Positions 9,250-17,694 of a DNA stretch of 64,000 bases are shown here, piece by piece (the stretch's first letter is position 1; each line of letters begins with the position of its first letter). A program made the position numbers and the translations under genes. The notes under the pieces were generated by a model. That model worked only from the letters and a program-made list of their open reading frames with translations. It was not told the origin of the DNA and did not search any database. The stretch comes from a virus. The DNA is taken from the IMG/VR virus record IMGVR_UViG_3300025536_000001, positions 1 through 64,000 of that record; one strand, written 5' to 3'.

Positions 9250-9981
9250 CTATGTGTTTGTGACCGGATCAGTACCTACGGCCAGTGTAGAAAGAAGCGG
9301 CGCCTCGGGAGTATCAATCTCTAGAACCACGTTCAGCAGGGATGAATATTTCTTCGTGAGTTGATCTATGATCCCTGCAAAATCAATGTTCTGAAACCGG
9401 TTATATATTGTGTTATCTGCCTGCTCCATTTGAAACATCGATGTCTGGATAGAGATCATCAATGCCAAGGCTGCTTTATATTTAACAGCTTCGATGACGC
9501 TCGGTATTAAAATAGAACCCCCTGAGATGATTGTGTCAAGATTCACAGCCTCCCCAGCGTCAAGTTTTACTCCGTCATACGCCCTGAAAATATCAATGGC
9601 GTTGTCTGGCGCCTCTGATGAACTTACACCTAGAAGATCCCGCACATCCTGCTCATTTAAGGGGAAGTTAAGGCTCTCCCTAAGGATGTAGCTATCCCTT
9701 ATAAAGTAAGTCTTGTCTTGGTAGGTAAAACGGAATTCCAGATGCCTGAACTCGTAAGTCAAAGTGGAAGTGTTGTCGGCCCCGGAAAATTCCTCAACAT
9801 AGGAAGTGGCCAGTGCTGGGACCGCCAATTGAAGCTCATCATAATAATCGATTATGGTGCCGGCGTTGTTTGTAACCGTCAAATAGACGCTATCAACATC
9901 AGGAACTACAAGTTCCCCATCCACCATAAAAGAAACTTTATAGGCGTAAGCTGAGCCGTCTTTCACATACTTTGACATCAA
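9250..9981 (-). CDS. Head-tail adaptor-like protein (tentative)
   Basis: ORF track, 243 aa. It lies two genes after the capsid gene. The helical C-terminal half resembles connector/adaptor proteins (weak recall). Confidence 0.5.
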   Translation of the reverse strand: MMSKYVKDGSAYAYKVSFMVDGELVVPDVDSVYLTVTNNAGTIIDYYDELQLAVPALATSYVEEFSGADNTSTLTYEFRHLEFRFTYQDKTYFIRDSYILRESLNFPLNEQDVRDLLGVSSSEAPDNAIDIFRAYDGVKLDAGEAVNLDTIISGGSILIPSVIEAVKYKAALALMISIQTSMFQMEQADNTIYNRFQNIDFAGIIDQLTKKYSSLLNVVLEIDTPEAPLLSTLAVGTDPVTNT

Positions 9982-10352
9982 TCATTCTCTTTCGGATCAA
10001 AATGATCATCACTAAGCTGTTCCAGATCTCCCTCTTCTGGCCCTTCTTCATCCTCAAGAGTTCCTTCCATCTCAGTCAAGGGCTGACCATGAATATCTAC
10101 CCCGAGCATGGCGCAGTAAGAAGAAACCGCTAAGGTCTCATCCATCTTGCTGTCTCTCAACACCTCTAGGAATATATTTTGATTTGCGTCTTTCGATAGA
10201 TTAGAGGCATAGATTGTTAACTTACCAGCAGCAATAAGTCCCTCCAAATATGAAGTAAGGGTTACTACAGTAGGGCGGTTCGGTTTGATACTCTCCCGGT
10301 TGGGAAGAAGATATGACTCTGGTTTTTTAGGTTTTACGATGCACTTACTCAT
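9978..10352 (-). CDS. Acidic-tailed hypothetical head protein
   Basis: Start trimmed to ATG 10352 (GGGAGA SD-like upstream). The longer track ORF would run through the capsid terminator and overlap the capsid gene. Confidence 0.55.
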   Translation of the reverse strand: MSKCIVKPKKPESYLLPNRESIKPNRPTVVTLTSYLEGLIAAGKLTIYASNLSKDANQNIFLEVLRDSKMDETLAVSSYCAMLGVDIHGQPLTEMEGTLEDEEGPEEGDLEQLSDDHFDPKEND

Positions 10353-10370
10353 TTTATTCTCCCTGTTATT

Positions 10371-10405
10371 TAAAAACCCCACCCACACATTCCTGGCGGG
10401 TGGGG
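10371..10405 (-). terminator. Rho-independent terminator after the capsid gene
   Basis: 8-bp GC stem CCCCACCC/GGGTGGGG (10377-10384 and 10398-10405), 13-nt loop, and TTTTT on the minus strand (10376-10372). Confidence 0.7.
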
Positions 10406-10434
10406 TTTCTAAATTTATTGTAGTCTGGCGAATA

Positions 10435-11628
10435 TTATTCGTCAAACACAAACTGGCTTCTGGTGTCACCAAATACCAGTTTGTAACCCGTGTTCTCCGT
10501 GCGAACCATCGTGATGGTTTGCGTTTGGATTGCACGTTCCGTTTCCTGGATATTGGAACCCGACTCAACGAGTTCTTCCAGCGTATCACCTTTGCTGAAC
10601 CCGAGCAGGGTACCAGGTTCGGTAGCACTGGAAAGAACCGGCGTGATGTTCAGAGCCAGGTCGAGGCGACCAAGTTGAACACCGGCGGCATTGAGGTTGT
10701 CGATCGGACGAGCACCAAAGTTGTAGGTAGCGGCGCCAATGGTTTGCTTGCCAAACATCAGCATCCACTGCAGATACGCATCCCAGTTCATCAGGACTGT
10801 ATCAATAGGGGTGCCGGCTTGTGCGCGTGAAACCAACCAGGCCATAAGGTGAGCCCAGTTGATTTGACCGTTGGTGGCCGTGATACCAGTTGGTGTGTTG
10901 AAAGACGACTGGTTCACTGATGGAGCGGCACCATTCACACCATCACCATTCGTCAGAATGGTGGTGGCGGCGGTTACCTTGGAGATTTCCAGCTCACGAG
11001 CGATCCGGTTACCAAACGGAACCAGAAGATCCAGAGAAGCCCGGCGGCTGAACTCGTACGAAGTACGAATACCAGAACCATGCTTGAAGATCTTCACGGA
11101 CGTTTGAGAAGTCCTGATCGTACGGATCGGGATGCGGCCCATTTCAGGAACCGAGAAGGTATCGCGTTCCCCAGCGTCATCATTGATGACAGTGGAGAGC
11201 ATCTCGTTACCGGCGATGGTACGGCTATTGGCAAGCATCGGCGCCACGATTTCGAATTGATCTTGACGGGTTGCAAAACGAACCACATCATCAATCACTT
11301 CTGGGAACAGGGCACGGGTACCTGGGAAGGTTTGGAAAGTTTCCGAAGCGGCTTGCAGATAAATGCCGTTTGCGAAATCATTCCTGACGGGAAGATTCAG
11401 CTCGAACAGAGCCATCTCATAACCATCGAGACCGTCCTTTTTATCAATTTCACGACCTACCGCCAGTTGGAGGTAGTTGCGAATATTGACGCCGAAGCTG
11501 GAAGCATCCTTCGCAAGCTTGATGCCTGCGTTCTTTGATTCCTGCTCAACATCGGACTTCAGCTCTTTTACGAGCTTTGAGAGATCGATCTTTTTGATCT
11601 CACTCAGGGGGCGGGTATTGATTTGCAT
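10435..11628 (-). CDS. Major capsid protein (HK97-fold type)
   Basis: 397 aa. It follows the protease-scaffold and decoration genes and is followed by a terminator. Confidence 0.85.
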   Translation of the reverse strand: MQINTRPLSEIKKIDLSKLVKELKSDVEQESKNAGIKLAKDASSFGVNIRNYLQLAVGREIDKKDGLDGYEMALFELNLPVRNDFANGIYLQAASETFQTFPGTRALFPEVIDDVVRFATRQDQFEIVAPMLANSRTIAGNEMLSTVINDDAGERDTFSVPEMGRIPIRTIRTSQTSVKIFKHGSGIRTSYEFSRRASLDLLVPFGNRIARELEISKVTAATTILTNGDGVNGAAPSVNQSSFNTPTGITATNGQINWAHLMAWLVSRAQAGTPIDTVLMNWDAYLQWMLMFGKQTIGAATYNFGARPIDNLNAAGVQLGRLDLALNITPVLSSATEPGTLLGFSKGDTLEELVESGSNIQETERAIQTQTITMVRTENTGYKLVFGDTRSQFVFDE

Positions 11629-11639
11629 TGTGCTTCTCC

Positions 11640-12083
11640 TTAAACCCGGATGGCCACGACAGCAGCGCCGCTGTCGAGGACTTCAACAACCAACCAATCC
11701 TGAGGATCGGAAGATTGTGCTTTTTGAACATACCCCTTAATCGCTGGGGAAGAACTGTCGGTACCACCGACAAGATAATCCCCAAGAGCAGGAGTTTCAT
11801 CCGGGCTGGATGCAGTCGCATCAGGATTCACTACAAACTTGTAGCCACCTTTCAGCGCAATGGTGCCGATGCTGATGCCTTCAATGGCACGAACTTCTGC
11901 GACCATAAGGATACCGAGGATACGATCCCCGTTTCCTGCCAGCTTGACAGTATTTGCGGCACTCGAATCAAGAGTGACGGCTTTGCCTTCATCTGCCTGG
12001 GTAATACCTGACGCCAGCAAGAATGGATACTGGAACTCGTCATGAACGATACCCCGGAGAGAAGTGAGACCAATAGCAGCCAT
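11640..12083 (-). CDS. Head decoration / cement protein (DUF2190-like)
   Basis: 147 aa between scaffold and capsid. The Gly/Ala-rich beta-type sequence resembles DUF2190 decoration proteins (recall). Confidence 0.6.
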   Translation of the reverse strand: MAAIGLTSLRGIVHDEFQYPFLLASGITQADEGKAVTLDSSAANTVKLAGNGDRILGILMVAEVRAIEGISIGTIALKGGYKFVVNPDATASSPDETPALGDYLVGGTDSSSPAIKGYVQKAQSSDPQDWLVVEVLDSGAAVVAIRV

Positions 12084-12094
12084 GTTCTATCTCC

Positions 12095-13273
12095 TTATTT
12101 CTTGTTCACTCGGAAAGCTTCCTTGCGACGATCATCAGACGCATCCGTCTGCTTCACATCCTTCTTGCCCCCATCAGAGTGGGTTGCCCCAACTGCTTGA
12201 TGGAGTTTGAGCCCCTTTTCTTCAATCATGGTGAGCATAGCCACCAGATCTTCAGGAGGGGTTGCGTCAGCTGCACCGGAAGCGACCAATGCGGCTTTTG
12301 CATGCGGAAGCATCTTTGCAGTTGCTTCCGTCAATTTCGTCTCGGCCTTTTCAGCCCGAGCGTTAATCTCTTTCTCCGATTCGGTCTTTGCACCATCGAA
12401 GGTGGCGATTTTTTTCTCCGCCTCCGCGAGTTGCGCCGTCAAAGCAGTGATCTTTGCATCTTTTTCAGAGATGGAAATATCCTTCTTTGCCAAATCAGAG
12501 GAGAGGGTAGAAACCTTATCGATAAGGTCTTTATCCATTTTGTTATCTCCTTCTTTGGGTTGAGTGTCCTCGGTCAGCTTGAACGAGGCGGTTAGGACAC
12601 GACTATCAACCGGCATTGCGCCGCTAGCAGCCAACCTGTCCAGGGTTTCCTGTCCCATGCTTTGTTTTGCACGGGGCAGAATCTTTGCGTCCTTAGATGC
12701 GCCCTTACCGACCAGGCTCATCTCGGAAAAATACTCCAGACCTGTAAGTCTCACGTGAACGCCGTCTTCCCCGATCACGTGACCTTCAGCACAGGTCAAA
12801 TTGAAAAAATTCTCAAACGTAGCGTCTTTACCGAAGTAGTCAAAGTTACACTCTGAACAGAACGCATGCTTTGTAAGAACACCAACGCTTACCTCATCAA
12901 CAATGGAGTTCTCAATATCATTGACGAGCTTGGTCTCCGTATTTGAAAGAGCAAAAAGACTGTGAAGAGTTGTCTCACCATGCGTGTCGCTCATTAAGGC
13001 GCCGTTGAAAACTTTCCCCACGGGGAGCTGTCGGGTGTCGTGCATAATCTGTAGGGGGATAGCTCCACCCGCAGCGTTCAATTTCTCCTGCATCTCAATA
13101 AGTGTTGAAGCGCTCAACCGAGCTTTATTCCAAAACCCACCCTTTGAAAGGGGCGCCGTGGATACCATGTTGGCTTCAAAAATTGAAAACTTCGACGGAT
13201 CAGCGTCAGGATCGTCGAGTGCGAACCTGAGAGCAGACTTTATTTTCTCCGTAACGAGGACTTTTTTCCCCAT
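12095..13273 (-). CDS. Prohead protease - scaffolding fusion protein
   Basis: The N-terminal part has HK97-protease-like landmarks (LQIMHDTRQLPVGKV and EMSLVGKGASKDAKIL). The C-terminal 170 aa is Lys/Glu/Ala coiled coil, typical of scaffolds. Confidence 0.7.
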   Translation of the reverse strand: MGKKVLVTEKIKSALRFALDDPDADPSKFSIFEANMVSTAPLSKGGFWNKARLSASTLIEMQEKLNAAGGAIPLQIMHDTRQLPVGKVFNGALMSDTHGETTLHSLFALSNTETKLVNDIENSIVDEVSVGVLTKHAFCSECNFDYFGKDATFENFFNLTCAEGHVIGEDGVHVRLTGLEYFSEMSLVGKGASKDAKILPRAKQSMGQETLDRLAASGAMPVDSRVLTASFKLTEDTQPKEGDNKMDKDLIDKVSTLSSDLAKKDISISEKDAKITALTAQLAEAEKKIATFDGAKTESEKEINARAEKAETKLTEATAKMLPHAKAALVASGAADATPPEDLVAMLTMIEEKGLKLHQAVGATHSDGGKKDVKQTDASDDRRKEAFRVNKK

Positions 13274-13310
13274 GTAAACCCCTATCGACTTCTCTTTTAG
13301 GTATAACCTT

Positions 13311-13336
13311 ATTTGCCACTTATTACAAGATACTCG
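13311..13336. promoter_or_regulatory. Conserved late-region box, copy 1 (ATTTGCCACTTATTACAAGATACTCG)
   Basis: Near-repeat of 16958-16984. Both lie just upstream (minus-strand sense) of late genes. Read on the minus strand it gives TTGTAA, 17 nt, TATACC. Confidence 0.4.
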
Positions 13337-13367
13337 TTGCTACACAACTAATATACCATAATATTTA

Positions 13368-13676
13368 TTAATAGAAAGCAAAAATCCCTGTGGCTGTGGT
13401 GTCGGTTGCGTAGATCTGTTTAACGGCAAATGGGTAGTAAGTCTTCGCCAGCAGAGGCAAAGTCACATCCGTATCCGTTGGAGAGTTATCGTCGGCATCC
13501 GCCTCGAAAACCAGTCTGACGTTTCCCGCGACTGATACCATGATGCCGCGGGTACAATGAGGAAGCTCGTCATTATCGTCGGGAGTTACCGCGAAGCAGT
13601 GTCTCGCGGGAGCATTGAAACTATCACGATCACAATACCGGCCTTTTTCTGCCTTGGCTGAATTTGGAGAATCCAT
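13368..13676 (-). CDS. Small protein between portal and protease (unknown)
   Basis: ORF track, 102 aa. 2-nt gap to the portal stop. Confidence 0.6.
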   Translation of the reverse strand: MDSPNSAKAEKGRYCDRDSFNAPARHCFAVTPDDNDELPHCTRGIMVSVAGNVRLVFEADADDNSPTDTDVTLPLLAKTYYPFAVKQIYATDTTATGIFAFY

Positions 13677-13678
13677 GT

Positions 13679-15145
13679 TTATTTACCTCTCTTGACTGTG
13701 TTTGATTTGGCGGACTTGTTATCTGATGGGGTTATACTGCGACCCAGAGGGTCTGAGTTAGGACTTGCACTTCCAGCGTCGACACCGGCGGCGCCAGCCA
13801 TAGGCATGAAGCCCGTACCAGAAAGTGTTGGAGAACCTGTTGGTGGTGGCCGGTTGAAAATCTCGATATGATATTCAGCATCGGTAATAAGCCCAAGACT
13901 GAGGTTTTGCATCATCCTGGATTGGCGCATTGTCAGCATAGCTTCAAGCTCGGTCTTTGGACGAAGTTCTACATCATCGAACCTACAAACCACGTACCCT
14001 GAATATCCAGTGAGGCGCATCGCCAGAGTAAACGCATCAGAGAAAAGATCCGCCACCGGTGTATTGAGAGCTTGAGCGCTCAGAGAAAAAATCCTGGCCT
14101 CGACAGTAGATGTGTTTACACCACTCTCACCGCGACCGATGATAGAAGACATGGTCTTCAGCGCCGCCTGGTTCTGAGCATTTAACACATCGATGATGGA
14201 TGTAACATCCATAGCGGTGCCGGGGCCCTTCTCATTCAGGATCTTGGACTCCACCGCATCAGTATGAACATAAACTGCATCAGGGCGCATCGTAGCAACG
14301 TCTGCAGCCACGCTATTCAACCGGTCTCTCAACCAGGTTGTCATCTTTGCTTCACTGCCAGCAATCTCCGCAGGAGCATTCTTACGAAGCACATCCTCAA
14401 GCACGGTCAGCTCGATGCGCGGATATCCGGTCTTTTGCATGATCCGATAAAGATCATTGATGACCTGCTGACGCGCGGCGATCGTATTGATTGACGAAAC
14501 AAACGGGGATTGAGGATAAAGCTCTGTAGGATTCTGCCTGTGGTATTTGACAAACAGTGTTGGAATATCCAGTTGGAGTTTATCGCTGGAAGCCTTTGGT
14601 CTCTGTTCTGGCTTATACAAGCCAGGTTGTTTTTCGTACCAGTAAAGCTCCCCCGGGTCGACAATTCTGAAATCGTTAGGGATTAGAAGTTTATCGAACA
14701 GGAGCTCGGCAGCGCAAGCACCGCGCCAGAGAATACAATAACGAAGATCCTCAGAAACTTTTCCTTGAGAGTTGGTGAACTCAAAACCAGTTGAGTAGTC
14801 CGACCTTTGGAATAGCGACCGGCGTAGCGCATCGAGTTGCTCCTGTCCTGCTGGGTCAAGCTGACCGTTTTCATCATAAGCATATACCCGCAACGGCGTA
14901 TCAGAGATTGTTAAGAACGCATGCAGGGTGGCCGAGGTATCTGAGTCGAATTTCAGAAGGTCGGTGATAAGCTGACGCGCATCCTGAGATGTCCGGTCGG
15001 TGAATATATCCCTAAGATGCTGACGAAAATCTGGAGCCGCAAGCACCTGATCAGAGGAGCTGGCATTAAAGGTGGAAGTAGAAGAAGCCCCCTTTGGGTT
15101 AGCTTTTCTCTTCGGAAGTATGATTTGTGACAGGCTCAGAGCCAT
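13679..15145 (-). CDS. Portal protein
   Basis: 488 aa, immediately downstream of the large terminase. Size and order are typical. Confidence 0.85.
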   Translation of the reverse strand: MALSLSQIILPKRKANPKGASSTSTFNASSSDQVLAAPDFRQHLRDIFTDRTSQDARQLITDLLKFDSDTSATLHAFLTISDTPLRVYAYDENGQLDPAGQEQLDALRRSLFQRSDYSTGFEFTNSQGKVSEDLRYCILWRGACAAELLFDKLLIPNDFRIVDPGELYWYEKQPGLYKPEQRPKASSDKLQLDIPTLFVKYHRQNPTELYPQSPFVSSINTIAARQQVINDLYRIMQKTGYPRIELTVLEDVLRKNAPAEIAGSEAKMTTWLRDRLNSVAADVATMRPDAVYVHTDAVESKILNEKGPGTAMDVTSIIDVLNAQNQAALKTMSSIIGRGESGVNTSTVEARIFSLSAQALNTPVADLFSDAFTLAMRLTGYSGYVVCRFDDVELRPKTELEAMLTMRQSRMMQNLSLGLITDAEYHIEIFNRPPPTGSPTLSGTGFMPMAGAAGVDAGSASPNSDPLGRSITPSDNKSAKSNTVKRGK

Positions 15146-15165
15146 TATAATCCCCTCACACTACT

Positions 15166-16905
15166 TTATAGCCAGGAGTGTTTATTCGCAATAGCCTTGT
15201 TATCAGATTTCGAGACCCCGATCAAGCCGGCGCCCCCGTCTTTTATATCAACAACCTTACCAAGAACCATAGTTCTCGTCTCCAGTTTTGAAGTTAACCT
15301 AAACATTTCAAGTATATGCGGAGCAGCCAGCATGAACCCAGTTGCGTGGAAGAAGTGATCATTCTTCGTCAGCTTTCTCCATTGTGCAGGTTCACCCGGC
15401 ACTTCATCCCTTACCATGTCGCGGAGATGCTCTATGAACACGGTCTTATATTGTGAGTACCCGCTGATGCGTAATTTTCTCTTCTTAATGATTGTGGAAA
15501 CTCTATCAAGAAACGAGGTGTGATTTACTTGGACGTGGGAAAGATTTTTCTCCACATCGTAAACCATATTGATGTCTTTTTGTCCTCGATACTCCACGGC
15601 AACGATTTTACCGCCTGATACATTAAAAACATCTTGAGCAGTAGGTTCATAAGGATGCCTATCAATACAACCTCCATAAACATTTGATGTGGCACAAAGA
15701 TCTCTCACGTGTTCAACAAGTTGGTCTATATGAACCGTGTACATGTTGATGATCTCTGGGGACTCAGCGCTCCCGCGCCCGATAATGATATGGCACACCT
15801 GACCAACGTCTATACCGACCCAGATTCCTTCAGCCTTTGACGACTCCAGCGGTGCCGGGTTATCGGTCATACAGGCTATGATATCTTCTTTAGGAATTTG
15901 GATAGTTCCATCTGAATAGGGAAGGCCTAGAACTGTATTCCACCACCCGCGGGTGAACTCAAGCTTCTGATACTTCCAAAGTTCTCTGACAATATAATTG
16001 ACCGGGAGTTTGTTGGTACAGAACGGAGTAACACGATAGCCTCTCGATTCTGTCCTGCTTGGATATTTTGAAACCCATTCACCTATGTCTGACAGATCCA
16101 GCCTTGTACGACATTTGGCGCACATCACAAACGAAGCAGACAAATCAATAACATCTTGATGCTCTACACGAAGATCAGCAAGATTCTCGATATTATCCGG
16201 GAGTCCAGGAATGTTGATATACTCTCTATTGAACTCAGGAATATTCCAGTTCCCGCAACAGGTACAGCGGCGCATATAGTTGTGTTGATCGCTGGCTTGC
16301 CAGTTGAGGTCTATGCCGAATGCCGGGAATGAGGGGGTTGAAAATCTTTGACTTATCTTCCAGGTGGAGTTCTGTAGACGAGAACCGAACAGACCAAGGG
16401 TTTGTTGATTTGAAAGATCTACCTCATCATTAAAGACGGCATCAGCGCTGATGGAAGTCGCGGCGGTTTCTATCGCTGCGACCACGTAGAGAAATGATCT
16501 TCCGAACTGCATCATCCCCATCGATCGGGAGTTTCCGTCCTGCGCGGCAAATACTTTATCGGTATTGATAATGGGCTTGATACGCCCACTTGAAATCCGT
16601 TCGAACATCTCCTGGGTGGGTAAGCTGTAAATCGCAGACAAACCATCGTGGCGCCTGAGAAACGCGAGGATTTTTCTGATCATCACTTCAGTAAGACCGA
16701 CCTGAGATATTTTAATGCAATCCAGGTTGGGGTGCATGTCGTCCAGGATTTTTCTCTGGAAGTCGTATCCCTTAAACGAAAAAGGCTTTCCCAAAATTGT
16801 CGTATTTTTGCTGACCCACTCAGACATTGACATAGTGAGCGAGTCTACGGAAAACCTCTCGTCGGATTTTTTCAATAACTCTACGGCGAAACGATTTATG
16901 GACAT
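15166..16905 (-). CDS. Terminase large subunit (lambda GpA type)
   Basis: 579 aa. IKISQVGLTE resembles the gpA-type P-loop (KSARVGYS), and FNDEVDL is Walker-B-like. It is the first gene of the late operon. Confidence 0.9.
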   Translation of the reverse strand: MSINRFAVELLKKSDERFSVDSLTMSMSEWVSKNTTILGKPFSFKGYDFQRKILDDMHPNLDCIKISQVGLTEVMIRKILAFLRRHDGLSAIYSLPTQEMFERISSGRIKPIINTDKVFAAQDGNSRSMGMMQFGRSFLYVVAAIETAATSISADAVFNDEVDLSNQQTLGLFGSRLQNSTWKISQRFSTPSFPAFGIDLNWQASDQHNYMRRCTCCGNWNIPEFNREYINIPGLPDNIENLADLRVEHQDVIDLSASFVMCAKCRTRLDLSDIGEWVSKYPSRTESRGYRVTPFCTNKLPVNYIVRELWKYQKLEFTRGWWNTVLGLPYSDGTIQIPKEDIIACMTDNPAPLESSKAEGIWVGIDVGQVCHIIIGRGSAESPEIINMYTVHIDQLVEHVRDLCATSNVYGGCIDRHPYEPTAQDVFNVSGGKIVAVEYRGQKDINMVYDVEKNLSHVQVNHTSFLDRVSTIIKKRKLRISGYSQYKTVFIEHLRDMVRDEVPGEPAQWRKLTKNDHFFHATGFMLAAPHILEMFRLTSKLETRTMVLGKVVDIKDGGAGLIGVSKSDNKAIANKHSWL

Positions 16906-16957
16906 TACTTCGATCTTTTTGCAGAAATTAACGAATTTTTAATTTTTAGTTCTTGTG

Positions 16958-16984
16958 ATTTGCCACTAATTCATGGTATCACTG
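16958..16984. promoter_or_regulatory. Conserved late-region box, copy 2 (ATTTGCCACTAATTCATGGTATCACTG)
   Basis: Shares ATTTGCCACTwATT..(5-6 nt)..GrTAyC with 13311-13336. It lies in the 106-bp divergent region upstream of the terminase gene. Confidence 0.4.
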
Positions 16985-17011
16985 TTTTTATAGGAACACA
17001 CGGAGAATAAA

Positions 17012-17509
17012 ATGTCTTCAAATTTCTACCCACCCCTGCCGACCCAGCTTTTAAAGCAGGTAATGGATCTATATGAAAATAACCCAGAGTATTTCTCTGA
17101 CCCGGAATGTCCGTATGACCAGAGGGTCAAAGATCTTTTCACCTGCACCAGCCCAGTGAATGATTTTGATTCGCATGCCCACGTTTCAAAACCCATGGGA
17201 GAAAAAGACCTCCAACAAGAAATCTCCGATCTATATGAAGGACTGAAAACTTATGGAGAGACTGCGAAAACTTCCGACAATGCTGCCGACCGCAATACTT
17301 ATTTCAGGCTCTCAGTTGGGTTGCTTGAGAAGATTGTTGAACTAAAAGAAAGACTGATCTACATCCAGAACGTGAATACTTTCATTGAGACTGTCCTCGA
17401 TGCTATGGGTGACATTCTCAATCCTGACCAGAGAAACGAATTCACAGCCCGGATTTCTAAACTGACCCTCGACTTTGTACCAGCAGAGAAACAAGACTCA
17501 ATCCAATAG
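17012..17509 (+). CDS. Hypothetical protein, divergent from the terminase gene
   Basis: ORF track, 165 aa. GGAGAA SD-like upstream. No motif recognised. Confidence 0.6.
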   Translation: MSSNFYPPLPTQLLKQVMDLYENNPEYFSDPECPYDQRVKDLFTCTSPVNDFDSHAHVSKPMGEKDLQQEISDLYEGLKTYGETAKTSDNAADRNTYFRLSVGLLEKIVELKERLIYIQNVNTFIETVLDAMGDILNPDQRNEFTARISKLTLDFVPAEKQDSIQ

Positions 17510-17521
17510 GGAGCCTCACCT

Positions 17522-17692
17522 ATGCTATTCATACGCGCCTTCCTCTTTACAGCTGCCAGCTTATTGCTGATCAGCGCAGGTAAAGTGATCTACAACTTCT
17601 TTCCTCTCCCCACAGAATATTTTCCTCTCTCTATATCCATCTTCATCGGGCTCAGCCTGGCGATTGGATATAAGATTTACGAGGAGTATTGA
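17522..17692 (+). CDS. Small two-TM membrane protein (56 aa)
   Basis: Own translation: MLFIRAFLFTAASLLLISAGKVIYNFFPLPTEYFPLSISIFIGLSLAIGYKIYEEY. GGGAG upstream. Below the track length cut-off. Confidence 0.5.
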   Translation: MLFIRAFLFTAASLLLISAGKVIYNFFPLPTEYFPLSISIFIGLSLAIGYKIYEEY

Positions 17693-17694
17693 AC

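Noticed and set aside
10435-10830. Long N-terminal extension of the 9978-10628 ORF, and plus-strand ORF 10285-10830
   Set aside because: The extension would read through the capsid terminator hairpin and overlap the capsid gene. An internal ATG at 10352 with an SD fits the operon layout.
13311-13336. Sigma54 promoter suggested by the TGGCA core (minus-strand AGTGGCAAAT)
   Set aside because: No GC dinucleotide lies at the required 10-nt distance from the GG, so the -24/-12 geometry is not met.
16928-16942. CtrA-box-like TTAA-N7-TTAA in the terminase upstream region
   Set aside because: It is a single occurrence in AT-rich DNA where such a loose pattern is expected by chance. It lacks the trailing C of the full consensus, and the host is unknown.
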